From a virus, in the IMG/VR virus record IMGVR_UViG_3300044731_001604, positions 64,001-128,000 of that record: 64,000 nt of DNA; one strand, 5' to 3'. The translations under genes and the position numbers were made by a program. Of the stretch, positions 37,868 to 47,167 are shown piece by piece (the stretch's first letter is position 1; every line of letters starts with the position of its first letter). The notes beneath the pieces were generated by a model that ran no database searches, was not told the DNA's origin, and saw only the letters and a program-made list of their open reading frames with translations.

Positions 37868-38665
37868 TTACTTTTTTGAGGCAGTTTTTTTCTTAGCCTT
37901 GCTTTTAGTTTTCTTTGTATCTTCTTTTTTGGCAGCTTCTTCTTTCTTAGCAGCCTCTTCTTTTTTAATAGCCTCTGTTAAGCCATTAATAAGCCCTTGC
38001 TCTAATTTAGATTTTTCTTTCTGCTTTCTTTTTTTCAAAGCCTTTTGAGCTTTAGTTTGATATGGCAAAACGGTAGATAGATACATTTCACCAGGACTAT
38101 AATTTAATCTAGGGATTGCAACGTGGTCAACTAAACCCAAAGTTTGAGCTTCTTGAGCAGTTACGGTCCAATCAGTGTTATGTTTTGAATGGATCATTTT
38201 AGATAAGAACTCTGGTTTTTTACCCATATCTTCAGCTAGATTTTTAATCATTAACGAATTGATTGATTCATAAGTTTTTGCTGACTCTACGATATCGCTT
38301 GCTTTACCACCAGCCATACCAGATACTTGATGGATCATGATCTGAGCATCTTTTGATGCAAACCTAAATCCTTTAGTTCCTGCTGCTAATAATAATGCCC
38401 CACAGCTAAAAGCCATACCAACAGCAACTGTTGCAACTGGTTTGCTTGATGATTTAATTAAATCTCTCATTGCAGTCAAAGAGAATACTTCTCCACCATA
38501 GCTTGAAATATAGACGACTATAATCGGGATATGTGGATTTTTTTCTAATTCTGAAAATTGCTCATAAAATTGTACGGTAGCATCTTGGTCAAAATGCGTA
38601 ACCCAAATTTCGTTGCTGTGTCTACCTGCGCCGCTGAGATCAATTATGTGTCCAGCATTTTTCAT
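37868..38665 (-). CDS. clpP: ClpP-like protease (S14) with Lys-rich tail
   Basis: YISSYGGEV, GMAFSCG (Ser), IMIHQ (His), D...AQEA..LGLVD. Confidence 0.85.
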   Translation of the reverse strand: MKNAGHIIDLSGAGRHSNEIWVTHFDQDATVQFYEQFSELEKNPHIPIIVVYISSYGGEVFSLTAMRDLIKSSSKPVATVAVGMAFSCGALLLAAGTKGFRFASKDAQIMIHQVSGMAGGKASDIVESAKTYESINSLMIKNLAEDMGKKPEFLSKMIHSKHNTDWTVTAQEAQTLGLVDHVAIPRLNYSPGEMYLSTVLPYQTKAQKALKKRKQKEKSKLEQGLINGLTEAIKKEEAAKKEEAAKKEDTKKTKSKAKKKTASKK

Positions 38666-38951
38666 AAGTTCTCCATATTTATTTGTTTTGATTCGCTGCT
38701 TAGTTTTTTATCACTTAATGTTAAAGATATTATTTCGCCGACCAATTTTTCTGGCGTTAGCCATACTGAATCGCCTGCTGTTAATCTGAGAGACTCAGGA
38801 TACCCGGTTTTTGCTATTGAGCATCTCCAAACTGGTCCATCATCTACCGCAAAGGTACCTACTAGAACTCCTGAAGTTTCCGAATATATTGGGAAAGTTT
38901 CAAAAGCTGATGACCATCCGTCAAAGGACGTTGTAAATTGTACAAGGTTAC
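38662..38951 (-). CDS. hypothetical protein
   Basis: ORF in ClpP operon; start approximate. Confidence 0.5.
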
Positions 38952-39202
38952 TCATCTGTAACCTCATTTCCGTCTCTATCCAATTTGTAGATAGACATTA
39001 TTTTTTGTATAGCATTTTCATTTAAAAACCATGCCAAAGCTTGGATCGCGGCAATGATTAGAACAACTTTTGAATATATTGGCTTGTCTGATGGAATTGT
39101 AAAGTACCAAAGAACTAACGCAATTGCTAGAAATCTTGAGAATTTACTAGCACTTACAGTTTTTTTAAGTTCTTTTTTAGCCAAATCTTTAAATTCTATC
39201 AT
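38948..39202 (-). CDS. small two-TM membrane protein
   Basis: two hydrophobic helices; GAGG RBS. Confidence 0.55.
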   Translation of the reverse strand: MIEFKDLAKKELKKTVSASKFSRFLAIALVLWYFTIPSDKPIYSKVVLIIAAIQALAWFLNENAIQKIMSIYKLDRDGNEVTDE

Positions 39203-39229
39203 TTTACCTCTTACAATATCTATACCACA

Positions 39230-39766
39230 TTATCCATTAGTTTTATTAGTGTTTTCTTTATATTTTTTATTTAATTCTTTTCTTTTTTGTTTAACTTGCG
39301 CATTACTTGGATATTCATCGTGTTCATAATAATGGTAATATATAAATATATCTAGTTCGATGTCAACTTTTATTTTCCAAGTTGGAATTTTAATGCCAAT
39401 CTCATGCGCAATGGTTTCTCTATATACAGAGTCATCCCTCTCTTCTTTAAAGACAGCATATCTTTCTTTTTTAGTTAGAGGTGAACCGTCATGATTTTTA
39501 TTTAAGATTCGAGATAACTCGCTAGAGAACGATCTTTCTTGATAAACCCAGGCCATGTGATGAGCTAGCTCATGCAAGAAGTTTAAAATCATTTGAGTTT
39601 TACTTTGATTTTTCCAAGCAAATAGGGTAAGCTCGACAGTATTGTCTTCTGCAACTGTCCATGTAGCGCCTGCAGAACCAGGCTTATGTTTTTTAAAAAA
39701 CAGCTTGATTCCCAGACCTTCTGCGTATTTTATTAATCTTTCGATTTCATTATCTCTTATGCCCAT
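39230..39766 (-). CDS. HExxH metallopeptidase (ImmA/IrrE-like)
   Basis: LHELAH motif plus downstream Glu; late motif 39795-39802. Confidence 0.65.
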   Translation of the reverse strand: MGIRDNEIERLIKYAEGLGIKLFFKKHKPGSAGATWTVAEDNTVELTLFAWKNQSKTQMILNFLHELAHHMAWVYQERSFSSELSRILNKNHDGSPLTKKERYAVFKEERDDSVYRETIAHEIGIKIPTWKIKVDIELDIFIYYHYYEHDEYPSNAQVKQKRKELNKKYKENTNKTNG

Positions 39767-39834
39767 ATCGTATTGCCGCCTTGTGATCCTATTAAGATTA
39801 GGAATAAGACCGTTGTTTAAAAACTTTAATTAAA

Positions 39835-40416
39835 TTAAACACTTAGCATTACTCTTGCTGCCTCTAAACACAATAAAGCATCGTATTTCGCCGTGTGCAG
39901 CTCTCCCTTTTCTATATCTATTTTTAGGGCCTGAGCTAGCTTGCCCAAAGAGAGATACGTGTTCTTAGGCAACTTCCCTTGTATCTTTAATGCTAGCCCC
40001 AGAGTCACTGTATCTAATGAGTGGTAGCTTATATAATTATTCCACAAAGATTCTTTTAGCAATTGATTAACAATAAATGATATGTCAAATTTTACATTAT
40101 GTCCCATTGGAATCAATTTATTTGTACCGTTATTAGACCTACTTTGAATAAATGTATATAGCGCTCTAGATGCATCTGTTAAAGATAGGGCCTCTGCGTC
40201 ATGTTTTACTAGATCAATTTTATTTACCTTCATGGCCCCAGCAGTGACGTTATATGGGCTGTTGTTATCTGGTTTAATTTTAATATCTAATTCACTATGG
40301 ATAGTCATATTTCCGTCTGAATTTCTTGTAACGATAGCTGCATACATAGACAATAGGCTATTAATCGTTGAATCTAATCCACCAGTTTCAGTATCTAACA
40401 ACAAAAACGTTTCCAT
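39835..40416 (-). CDS. DEDDh 3'-5' exonuclease (DnaQ-like)
   Basis: DTETGG, GHNVKFD, LDT, HTAKYDA. Confidence 0.88.
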   Translation of the reverse strand: METFLLLDTETGGLDSTINSLLSMYAAIVTRNSDGNMTIHSELDIKIKPDNNSPYNVTAGAMKVNKIDLVKHDAEALSLTDASRALYTFIQSRSNNGTNKLIPMGHNVKFDISFIVNQLLKESLWNNYISYHSLDTVTLGLALKIQGKLPKNTYLSLGKLAQALKIDIEKGELHTAKYDALLCLEAARVMLSV

Positions 40417-40417
40417 T

Positions 40418-41089
40418 TTATTCCCCAAGTAAGGCATCTACTTGCCCATAAAGATAATTTAAAGATCCTTTATTATCTAGTATAGCATCAAAATTATAAT
40501 TATCCAAGTCTCTTTCTGATGAGTCTATATTAGAGGTAGTATCAAATCTATTTACTCTTACAAATTTAATTGTACTTGAAAAATGTTCAAGAAGAGTATT
40601 GGCTTCGTTAATAAACCTTAAATCTGTTATTACTATGTTTCCAGACATAGTTTTTATTTTATTAATTCCGACGTCTACCCAATAATTTGGGTTAACAGAT
40701 CTGGCCATGGCTCCTTGTATTAAAAGGAGTGACCTTGGCGTGTGAAATAGCTTTTTCATGCCGTCTGCGAAAAAGCCCTCCATTGATCCGGTTGTTTTAT
40801 TTAGCATTATGTTAACTGCTTTTTTGTTATCGCTTGTTTTAAAGTGTTGAACCAGTTCATTGCAGACTAATTTTGAAACTCCGTCTTGCGGTACGACTGG
40901 ATATTTTTCCAGCGCCGAGTCTTTCAATAGTCTATCGTCAAAATAATTTCTTGGAATTTGAAAAGTTTTTGATGTAGCATCTTTGAGGGTATCTGCAAAC
41001 GATACTCTAGCATAGCCATAATTGTTAACCAGATAGTCGGCCACTGTATCTTTACCAGATCCTGCCCACCCACTTAATGCTATAATCAT
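40418..41089 (-). CDS. deoxynucleoside monophosphate kinase
   Basis: GWAGSGKDT, FADTLK, TPR, DLRF.NE, SE..LD. Confidence 0.88.
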   Translation of the reverse strand: MIIALSGWAGSGKDTVADYLVNNYGYARVSFADTLKDATSKTFQIPRNYFDDRLLKDSALEKYPVVPQDGVSKLVCNELVQHFKTSDNKKAVNIMLNKTTGSMEGFFADGMKKLFHTPRSLLLIQGAMARSVNPNYWVDVGINKIKTMSGNIVITDLRFINEANTLLEHFSSTIKFVRVNRFDTTSNIDSSERDLDNYNFDAILDNKGSLNYLYGQVDALLGE

Positions 41090-41119
41090 GCCAACCTCTG
41101 TTTATTTAAAAATTTTATT

Positions 41120-41311
41120 TTATTTTTTATTTATAATGTGAAAATATATTTGCATGAAGAGCGTGGTATAATGCTCTTCGTATATTTTATACCTAATCCC
41201 ATAATAAATATCTTTGCTACGTATGTTTTCATCAACTTGATGATGAGTTTGTATCTTCAATTGTTCATAAATGAAGTTGCTAAAATTTTCAAATTGCTCG
41301 CGCTTTTTCAT
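41120..41311 (-). CDS. KRxQ tetrad-repeat microprotein (MKKREQF...)
   Basis: family N-terminus; IYEQ LKIQ THHQ VDEN. Confidence 0.7.
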   Translation of the reverse strand: MKKREQFENFSNFIYEQLKIQTHHQVDENIRSKDIYYGIRYKIYEEHYTTLFMQIYFHIINKK

Positions 41312-41319
41312 TTAATGCC

Positions 41320-41547
41320 CTATACGGAATCACTTTTAACTAATTCAAAACAACTTGTATACCACCAGTCTTCATTTCCAAGTTCATTTTTTTCTATATA
41401 CAACTGGTCTTTATATTTACAGTCTACATGTTTTACGACTTTAGATACTTTGTAGATGCCATTTTCTTTAATAGTTACACCGAAACGAGATTCAAAACCT
41501 TCTGGCTCTATGCATTTAACGATGTCTCCAACTTTAAATTCACTCAT
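41320..41547 (-). CDS. SH3/KOW-like small protein
   Basis: FKVGDIVKC...FELV; GGAGG RBS; TTGCAT-17-TATTAT promoter. Confidence 0.6.
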   Translation of the reverse strand: MSEFKVGDIVKCIEPEGFESRFGVTIKENGIYKVSKVVKHVDCKYKDQLYIEKNELGNEDWWYTSCFELVKSDSV

Positions 41548-41769
41548 AAAACCTCCGATATTTATATAATATCAAAGTATGATTTAAAATGCAAGAATTA
41601 TTTTGAAAAAAGAACTGGCCGGTCGCTACCCCAGCAATACACTTACTAAAGTTCAATATAATTGAGTATTTATACGATTACCTTTGCATTCAGCGCAGTC
41701 TATTGTCTTTCCCATGCGTTCTAGCAGTATCTTTTTGATACTACAGCTTCCGCATCTCAGTTCTAAAAT

Positions 41770-42021
41770 TTATTTCTTTTCAATAATACCCTGCATAGCA
41801 GAGCAATAACTATAGGCTAAGTCAGACGATATGGCAGGATTCTCTCTTTTATAGCTATTAATACAATTAACTAGGCTAAAATCCATTTTTGTTGGTTCTG
41901 ATGAACAGCCTGCTATAAGCGTTGCGATTACTACTATGAGCGCAATTGAGAACAGAATTGCTGCTATTGGGGCTACTATATATCTTTGCATTTTAAACCT
42001 CTTTATATTATCAAATACCAC
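41770..42021 (-). CDS. putative lipoprotein
   Basis: hydrophobic signal ending LIAG|C lipobox. Confidence 0.55.
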   Translation of the reverse strand: MVFDNIKRFKMQRYIVAPIAAILFSIALIVVIATLIAGCSSEPTKMDFSLVNCINSYKRENPAISSDLAYSYCSAMQGIIEKK

Positions 42022-42023
42022 AA

Positions 42024-42308
42024 TTAATATTCATCTGCTAATTTATGTAGTTTTTTAGACAATTGCCATAAATCACTTTGTGTTCGTTTATAGCACAGCT
42101 TATAGAACGCTGAGACTAATCTATCATCAAAGTCATGTGAGACATCTCTACATAATCTTCCAGATTTGTTTATTGAAAGTGCTGGAATATCTCTACAGAT
42201 TGTTTTTTTTAGGTTTTTTTCTGGAATATAGCAGGGCCATGCACCTTCTTCTAGGAAGTGGTGCAAATATCCATAATATTTGTATGCCAATTTATCATAT
42301 TTAGTCAC
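42024..42308 (-). CDS. hypothetical protein
   Basis: GTG start with GAGG RBS. Confidence 0.5.
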   Translation of the reverse strand: MTKYDKLAYKYYGYLHHFLEEGAWPCYIPEKNLKKTICRDIPALSINKSGRLCRDVSHDFDDRLVSAFYKLCYKRTQSDLWQLSKKLHKLADEY

Positions 42309-42323
42309 AAAAGCCTCTTTTGA

Positions 42324-42719
42324 TTATTTACTCTCTATCTCTAATTGTGCGCTGTTAATATTATATATAGGATAGTATTTTCCATCGCCATCAATAAAAA
42401 AGCCTCTTTCAAAGCAATAGGACAAATACTTTTCTGCGCGTCTTTTGCTAGTAAGCCTAATGTTGTGCGGTTCGCCAGTCTTTGTGTTTCTTGGCTCAAA
42501 ACCAGTAACATGCTTTGTTTGTACGCCGTCTTTAGTTTCAAAAGAAACGCAATATTTCGGTTTTAATTTTTCTTCTTCTAACCACTGTTCATCTTCTCTT
42601 CTTATTTTTTCTCTATCTGGATTTTCAATCCGAATTATGTAATATATGCGTCCAGCTAAAGTTATTAAAAATGCAAATGCAGCCAATGTGAAGTATATTA
42701 CAAATGTATAAAAGTCCAT
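42324..42719 (-). CDS. membrane-anchored hypothetical protein
   Basis: N-terminal TM. Confidence 0.55.
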   Translation of the reverse strand: MDFYTFVIYFTLAAFAFLITLAGRIYYIIRIENPDREKIRREDEQWLEEEKLKPKYCVSFETKDGVQTKHVTGFEPRNTKTGEPHNIRLTSKRRAEKYLSYCFERGFFIDGDGKYYPIYNINSAQLEIESK

Positions 42720-42720
42720 A

Positions 42721-43095
42721 TCAACCTTCCTTTAAAAGGATGCCATTAAGATAATTCTTACATTTAATTAGTTCGTTGTCAATATAATTCTTATTATTTA
42801 GAAGTCTGTTTCTTGGTGACGGGTGTGGTAGTTTAAAGTGTTCTATTTTGAGACTTTCCAGTACTTTTGATGAATTGTTTCCAAGGGCGATACATTTAAA
42901 TCCCTGAGATGCTAGGTCGAATATTTTCGACTTGTCTGCATCTGTATGGCTATTGAGTAGTAAGTATCCAGGTATACCCATATAATGGGTCCATTTTATT
43001 AAATTGGAATGTGATTTAGTACCAACAAACGGTACTTTTTGGTCTAAATTCTTTGAACTTGGTCTATCTCCAATAAAAACAATTTTATGTTTCAT
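42721..43095 (-). CDS. uracil-DNA glycosylase-like protein
   Basis: FIGDRPS, PFVG, ALG, LPHPSPRN motifs. Confidence 0.7.
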   Translation of the reverse strand: MKHKIVFIGDRPSSKNLDQKVPFVGTKSHSNLIKWTHYMGIPGYLLLNSHTDADKSKIFDLASQGFKCIALGNNSSKVLESLKIEHFKLPHPSPRNRLLNNKNYIDNELIKCKNYLNGILLKEG

Positions 43096-43291
43096 TTTTT
43101 AATAAATCCTGTGGCTCGATCCAAGCTTTTAATTGGATTTCTAATTCCACTATACCACATTCTTCCCAACAAGGTCTAGCTTTTTTAAGCTCTTCTATAC
43201 TAGAATATAGCGGCATTTTGCCCTCAAGATCTGGGGCTTCGCCAATTTCGCACTGCCAATCAATGCCGCAAGCATACAGCTTTCTACTCAT
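43085..43291 (-). CDS. hypothetical protein
   Basis: coupled ORF; C..DW...LY.S.E.L....C..ECGIVE. Confidence 0.55.
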   Translation of the reverse strand: MSRKLYACGIDWQCEIGEAPDLEGKMPLYSSIEELKKARPCWEECGIVELEIQLKAWIEPQDLLKNET

Positions 43292-43505
43292 TTTCTGGTT
43301 CCCACTGGTTTACATGTTCAACATAGCTAAAAATATGATTTGGATCTTCCTTCTTTTCAAGAACTACTTTTCTTTTGATTTTAGGTGGCTCTGCGCCGAC
43401 CTCTTCCATTTTTTGTAAAATCTTTTTTGCCAATTCATTAGGAGTAACTGCACCAAATGCAGAACATTGCGCTTTAATAATTTCGATCATCTCACTTCTC
43501 TTCAT
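43284..43505 (-). CDS. MKRSE-family small protein (copy 2; start revised)
   Basis: MKRSEMIE...GAEPP...NQWEPE. Confidence 0.65.
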   Translation of the reverse strand: MKRSEMIEIIKAQCSAFGAVTPNELAKKILQKMEEVGAEPPKIKRKVVLEKKEDPNHIFSYVEHVNQWEPENE

Positions 43506-43719
43506 CCTCAGCCTCCCATTCATTACCGCAGCCAATTTCAGAACATTTTCCAGTATCGCACTTTGATGGCGGCTCCATTCCAAAACCAAGCAGCATATCT
43601 AATATGCCAGAAGCTTTACGCTTATAATATGCCTGTTCTGTTTCGTTACTGTATTTTCTACTGGCAGCGGCATCCACCATCTCAGCAGCAATATGTTCAA
43701 TTATTTCACTTCGTTTCAT
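43492..43719 (-). CDS. MKRSE-family small protein (copy 1)
   Basis: MKRSEIIE...GMEPP...NEWEAE. Confidence 0.65.
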   Translation of the reverse strand: MKRSEIIEHIAAEMVDAAASRKYSNETEQAYYKRKASGILDMLLGFGMEPPSKCDTGKCSEIGCGNEWEAEDEEK

Positions 43720-43928
43720 AATCTACCTTTTACTTCCGCAAGTTGCCCAATAAACTTGGGTTTCTCTTTTTTCAAATTTAATTAAACACGGAGCATCTGG
43801 AAAATGAACTGAACAATTCTTTTTTGCTGTTTGTAAATTTTGTGTATCAATTCTTGTCATATTATTATTAAAGCCGATAATTTTTGTTTTCGGGCATGAT
43901 AGTGATATTGTTAAAATTAATGTAATCC

Positions 43929-44183
43929 TTACTCGAACTCCATGGCCCTATCTACACAGTATTGTTTCAGTATTTCAATAGGTACAATACTACAATCATT
44001 TGCCCAGCAATTGTAATTAATTGCCATCTCGCAACCCTCTTCATAGGACTCTTTGTTAGATCTTTTAATGACGCCAGCACTTACTTGTTGCTCATCTAAT
44101 GCACCATTTCTAAATCCAAGTTTATAAGCTAAGTTGCCCATAGATATTGTGTATAGTAGCAGTATAATTATATTAGATCTCAT
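43929..44183 (-). CDS. membrane-anchored Cys-rich small protein
   Basis: N-terminal TM; 4 Cys. Confidence 0.55.
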   Translation of the reverse strand: MRSNIIILLLYTISMGNLAYKLGFRNGALDEQQVSAGVIKRSNKESYEEGCEMAINYNCWANDCSIVPIEILKQYCVDRAMEFE

Positions 44184-44190
44184 ATAATGG

Positions 44191-44508
44191 CTATTTTCTT
44201 TTCAAATCTTTTTTTAATTGTTTAAAAATAATCTCAATTCTATTTAAGACTTTATCTATAAAATTTTTATTCTTTTTAAAAGTTCTAATGGTGACATAAG
44301 AATAGAACCCATTTTCTGCTTCCCACGCACCACGCTCTACGTTTTCACTTTGCTCTAATGGAACTTTCCATTTAGCGGCTCTATTTTTAATTTTTCTTTG
44401 TACTAATGGCAACGACATATAGGTCTCTAGCTCTTTTTCAGCCAAGTAGACCCCCGTATATTGGTAAATTTTTGCTTTCAATTTTAAAGACATAGGTCCC
44501 TCTTGCAA
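44191..44508 (-). CDS. hypothetical protein
   Basis: ORF in early operon. Confidence 0.5.
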   Translation of the reverse strand: MQEGPMSLKLKAKIYQYTGVYLAEKELETYMSLPLVQRKIKNRAAKWKVPLEQSENVERGAWEAENGFYSYVTIRTFKKNKNFIDKVLNRIEIIFKQLKKDLKRK

Positions 44509-44778
44509 TTATTTATTTGCATTTTTAAGCATTCTTCCAATTTTATTTAATTTGCGATCAACATCTGCTCTAAAAAGAGCTTGGTGCATTCTTTCGTAAT
44601 CCTGTGTCATAATTTCTTGGGAAAGTCTTTCCGCGTCTCTGTCAACACCAAGAGCATTTCTTAAAATAACTTTAAGTTTATTTCTATTTTTATAAAGGAT
44701 AACTACTGCCACAACTTCTGCTAAGATATATAATCCAAAAAGTGTTACAAGTACGAGGTTTAAATCAACTGATTCCAT
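44509..44778 (-). CDS. membrane-anchored protein
   Basis: AAGGAG RBS; TM; TTGTTT-17-TATTCT promoter upstream. Confidence 0.6.
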   Translation of the reverse strand: MESVDLNLVLVTLFGLYILAEVVAVVILYKNRNKLKVILRNALGVDRDAERLSQEIMTQDYERMHQALFRADVDRKLNKIGRMLKNANK

Positions 44779-44882
44779 AAAAGTCTCCTTATTAAAAGTT
44801 CGTAGACATCTTCCACCTGTAATTCGGCTACATCGCCTGTCTACAAAAATAGAATATCAAAGTTTTAATAAAAAAACAAGTA

Positions 44883-45563
44883 TTATTTCAATAATTTTTG
44901 GGATGTCTCATTTTGAGACGATTCAGTTACTTTAATTGATTCATTGAAGAGCAGTGCAAACCACAACCAGATAGTTTGGCAAATTTGCTTGTTTGACATG
45001 CCAGTATCCAATTCTGTTTCGTGTACGTTTTCATCAACTATCATTATACTTGGATCTGAAGTATTAACCCATACAAAGCGGTTTATTTGTATATACCGCT
45101 CTCTGAGTTTGTCTATAGTTTCTGAGTATGTAATTGTTTTGGCTAACTCATTAGCCATTGTGATAAACTCTTCTACTGTATCGCCATGTTGCATGTTATG
45201 TTCTGCTAAATCTTCTGCTAATTCTTTTTTAAAATATTCAAGTGTTGCGATAGTGAAGCCGTGAACTTCTTTTGTTAATACTGGGGATTGGCTTTTTTTA
45301 AACAATCTATTAAAGATATTTTTAATAAATGTGAGTGATAACACTGGCACTTTAACTACAAAATACACCTGTGTGAATTGATGACCTTCTTTGCCAGATA
45401 TATTTACTTTTGCTTCGTTGTTTGTAAGACATTTATTAATACTGTCCGAAAAATCTTTGTCACTCTTAAAAAGAACTTGTTTTTTAAGTTGTTCTTTTAT
45501 TGAAATGTTAACTTTGTTGTGTGTATGTTTTTTAGATAAGTGACTATTGGGACCATCGGGCAT
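44883..45563 (-). CDS. hypothetical protein
   Basis: AGGAG RBS; 226 aa. Confidence 0.6.
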   Translation of the reverse strand: MPDGPNSHLSKKHTHNKVNISIKEQLKKQVLFKSDKDFSDSINKCLTNNEAKVNISGKEGHQFTQVYFVVKVPVLSLTFIKNIFNRLFKKSQSPVLTKEVHGFTIATLEYFKKELAEDLAEHNMQHGDTVEEFITMANELAKTITYSETIDKLRERYIQINRFVWVNTSDPSIMIVDENVHETELDTGMSNKQICQTIWLWFALLFNESIKVTESSQNETSQKLLK

Positions 45564-45645
45564 ATTTACTCCTGTATTAATATTGTCTCATACTTAACAG
45601 TTGCCGTCAAGAAAAAAAAATAATTGCTGTTTTAAAACAACAAGA

Positions 45646-45721
<76 letters not shown>

Positions 45722-45723
45722 AC

Positions 45724-45750
45724 AAAAAAGCCCAGGCAAACACCTGGGCT
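45724..45750 (-). terminator. intrinsic terminator of capsid operon
   Basis: AGCCCAGG TGTTTG CCTGGGCT TTTTT on minus strand. Confidence 0.85.
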
Positions 45751-45775
45751 GTCTAACTTTAAATAAAGCTAATAA

Positions 45776-47167
45776 TTAGAACAAGTTATCAATGATAACG
45801 TTCTTACGTGGTTGATATCCAGCTAAAGTCAAGAAACGGAAGTGAGCTTCAGTTTCAGAAAGTTCAGCTTGAGCAAGTTTCATACGGCTGTATGGGCTAA
45901 GCTCATGGAATCCCCATGTATCTTTTTGGATCATGTAACCAGTTACGAAACCTGGAGCTTTGTTTCCAAGGTCAGTAAATACTTGTGATGCAGAACCATC
46001 TGATTTCATTCTTCCGATGAATTTAGCAGTAGCTGCAGAGCTTCCTCTGTAAACGTTGTAATGAGTAGCACCAGCAACGCCAGCGATAGTCAAGTCAACT
46101 CTTTCACCAAGAGTAACAGTTACAGCAGCAGAAGCAGTAGCAACGCCTTCGCCACGTTCATTTTCAGCAGTAACTAAATAGATATAGCTTCCTGCAGGGA
46201 TGATAGCACCAGATCCTGTGTGAGCGCCAGAAACAGTAGCTGGAGCAGCAGGAGATCCGATCATTGGACGTAATGGGCTAGTTTTTCCAGACAAGAAACG
46301 GCTATCTTCGATAGCAACAGTTCCGTTAGAAACCCATTGTCTACGGAGGTCGGCACCAGAAGCATCTTGTGCAGAACCAGCAAGCATAATTCTTTGGATG
46401 CTGTTAGCACCTGTTCCAAGAGCGATAGCTTTATTGTATCCAGAAAGGATAACAGGGTCAACATAAAGAGTTTCAGCTTTACCCATGTTCATGCGTGAAC
46501 GAAGAGCAGCATCTTCAATAATAGGTTGATCTAAAGCACCATTTTTAGAAAGAACTACTGATTGGTTTGATCCGTAAGAAGCAAACATTAAATCTTGTGT
46601 AGAAACAAGAATATCAGACATACGGATGTGAGAATCAACACCCATCATGTTTGGAAGTTCAGGGATAGCATTTGGATTACCGTCGAAAACACCATTGTTA
46701 GAAAAGTGAGCTTTTCCACCGAAAGCGTCGAATTCGATATCAGCAGCAAGTTTGATAGCTGCGTTTTCTGCTTCTCTATCAGCAGCTTTTTTACCGTCAA
46801 TAGTTTCCATCATGTTTGCAGCGATAGTTACACGCTCAATACAAGAATAGAAGCACATTGGAACAGTCGCTCTGATATAATCGCCAACATTAAGATCGCC
46901 TACTGCGCCTTCACGTTGAGCAGATCCGCCGAAGCGTCCATAAGAAAGCTGTCTGTTGAATTGAACCAACAAAGACTTAGCTTTTTTAACTGGGAAGAGC
47001 TTTTGTAATTTAATGTGACTATCATCAAATGTCACATTGTGCATTACAGGCTCAAGGTTTTCGATTTGGAGGGCAGAACCTTGAACAAGTTGCGAAGGAG
47101 CAACGTTGTAGTTTCCAGCCTCAAGAGTTTTGACCAGACCCTCTAGAGTCTTAACTAGGTCATTCAT
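45776..47167 (-). CDS. major capsid protein
   Basis: SPO1/Twort-like N-arm (K|TLEAG...G.ALQ.E.LE), AADIEFD.F.G, Ig-like insertion; follows scaffold. Confidence 0.9.
   Translation of the reverse strand: MNDLVKTLEGLVKTLEAGNYNVAPSQLVQGSALQIENLEPVMHNVTFDDSHIKLQKLFPVKKAKSLLVQFNRQLSYGRFGGSAQREGAVGDLNVGDYIRATVPMCFYSCIERVTIAANMMETIDGKKAADREAENAAIKLAADIEFDAFGGKAHFSNNGVFDGNPNAIPELPNMMGVDSHIRMSDILVSTQDLMFASYGSNQSVVLSKNGALDQPIIEDAALRSRMNMGKAETLYVDPVILSGYNKAIALGTGANSIQRIMLAGSAQDASGADLRRQWVSNGTVAIEDSRFLSGKTSPLRPMIGSPAAPATVSGAHTGSGAIIPAGSYIYLVTAENERGEGVATASAAVTVTLGERVDLTIAGVAGATHYNVYRGSSAATAKFIGRMKSDGSASQVFTDLGNKAPGFVTGYMIQKDTWGFHELSPYSRMKLAQAELSETEAHFRFLTLAGYQPRKNVIIDNLF

Noticed and set aside
39835-43095. 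dNMP kinase, DEDDh exonuclease and UDG-like genes as a DNA-modification system
   Set aside because: Common large-phage nucleotide-metabolism genes; no base-modifying enzymes visible in this window.
45960-46260. Ig/FN3-like insertion in the MCP as a novelty
   Set aside because: Comparable insertion is known in SPO1/Twort-like major capsid proteins.
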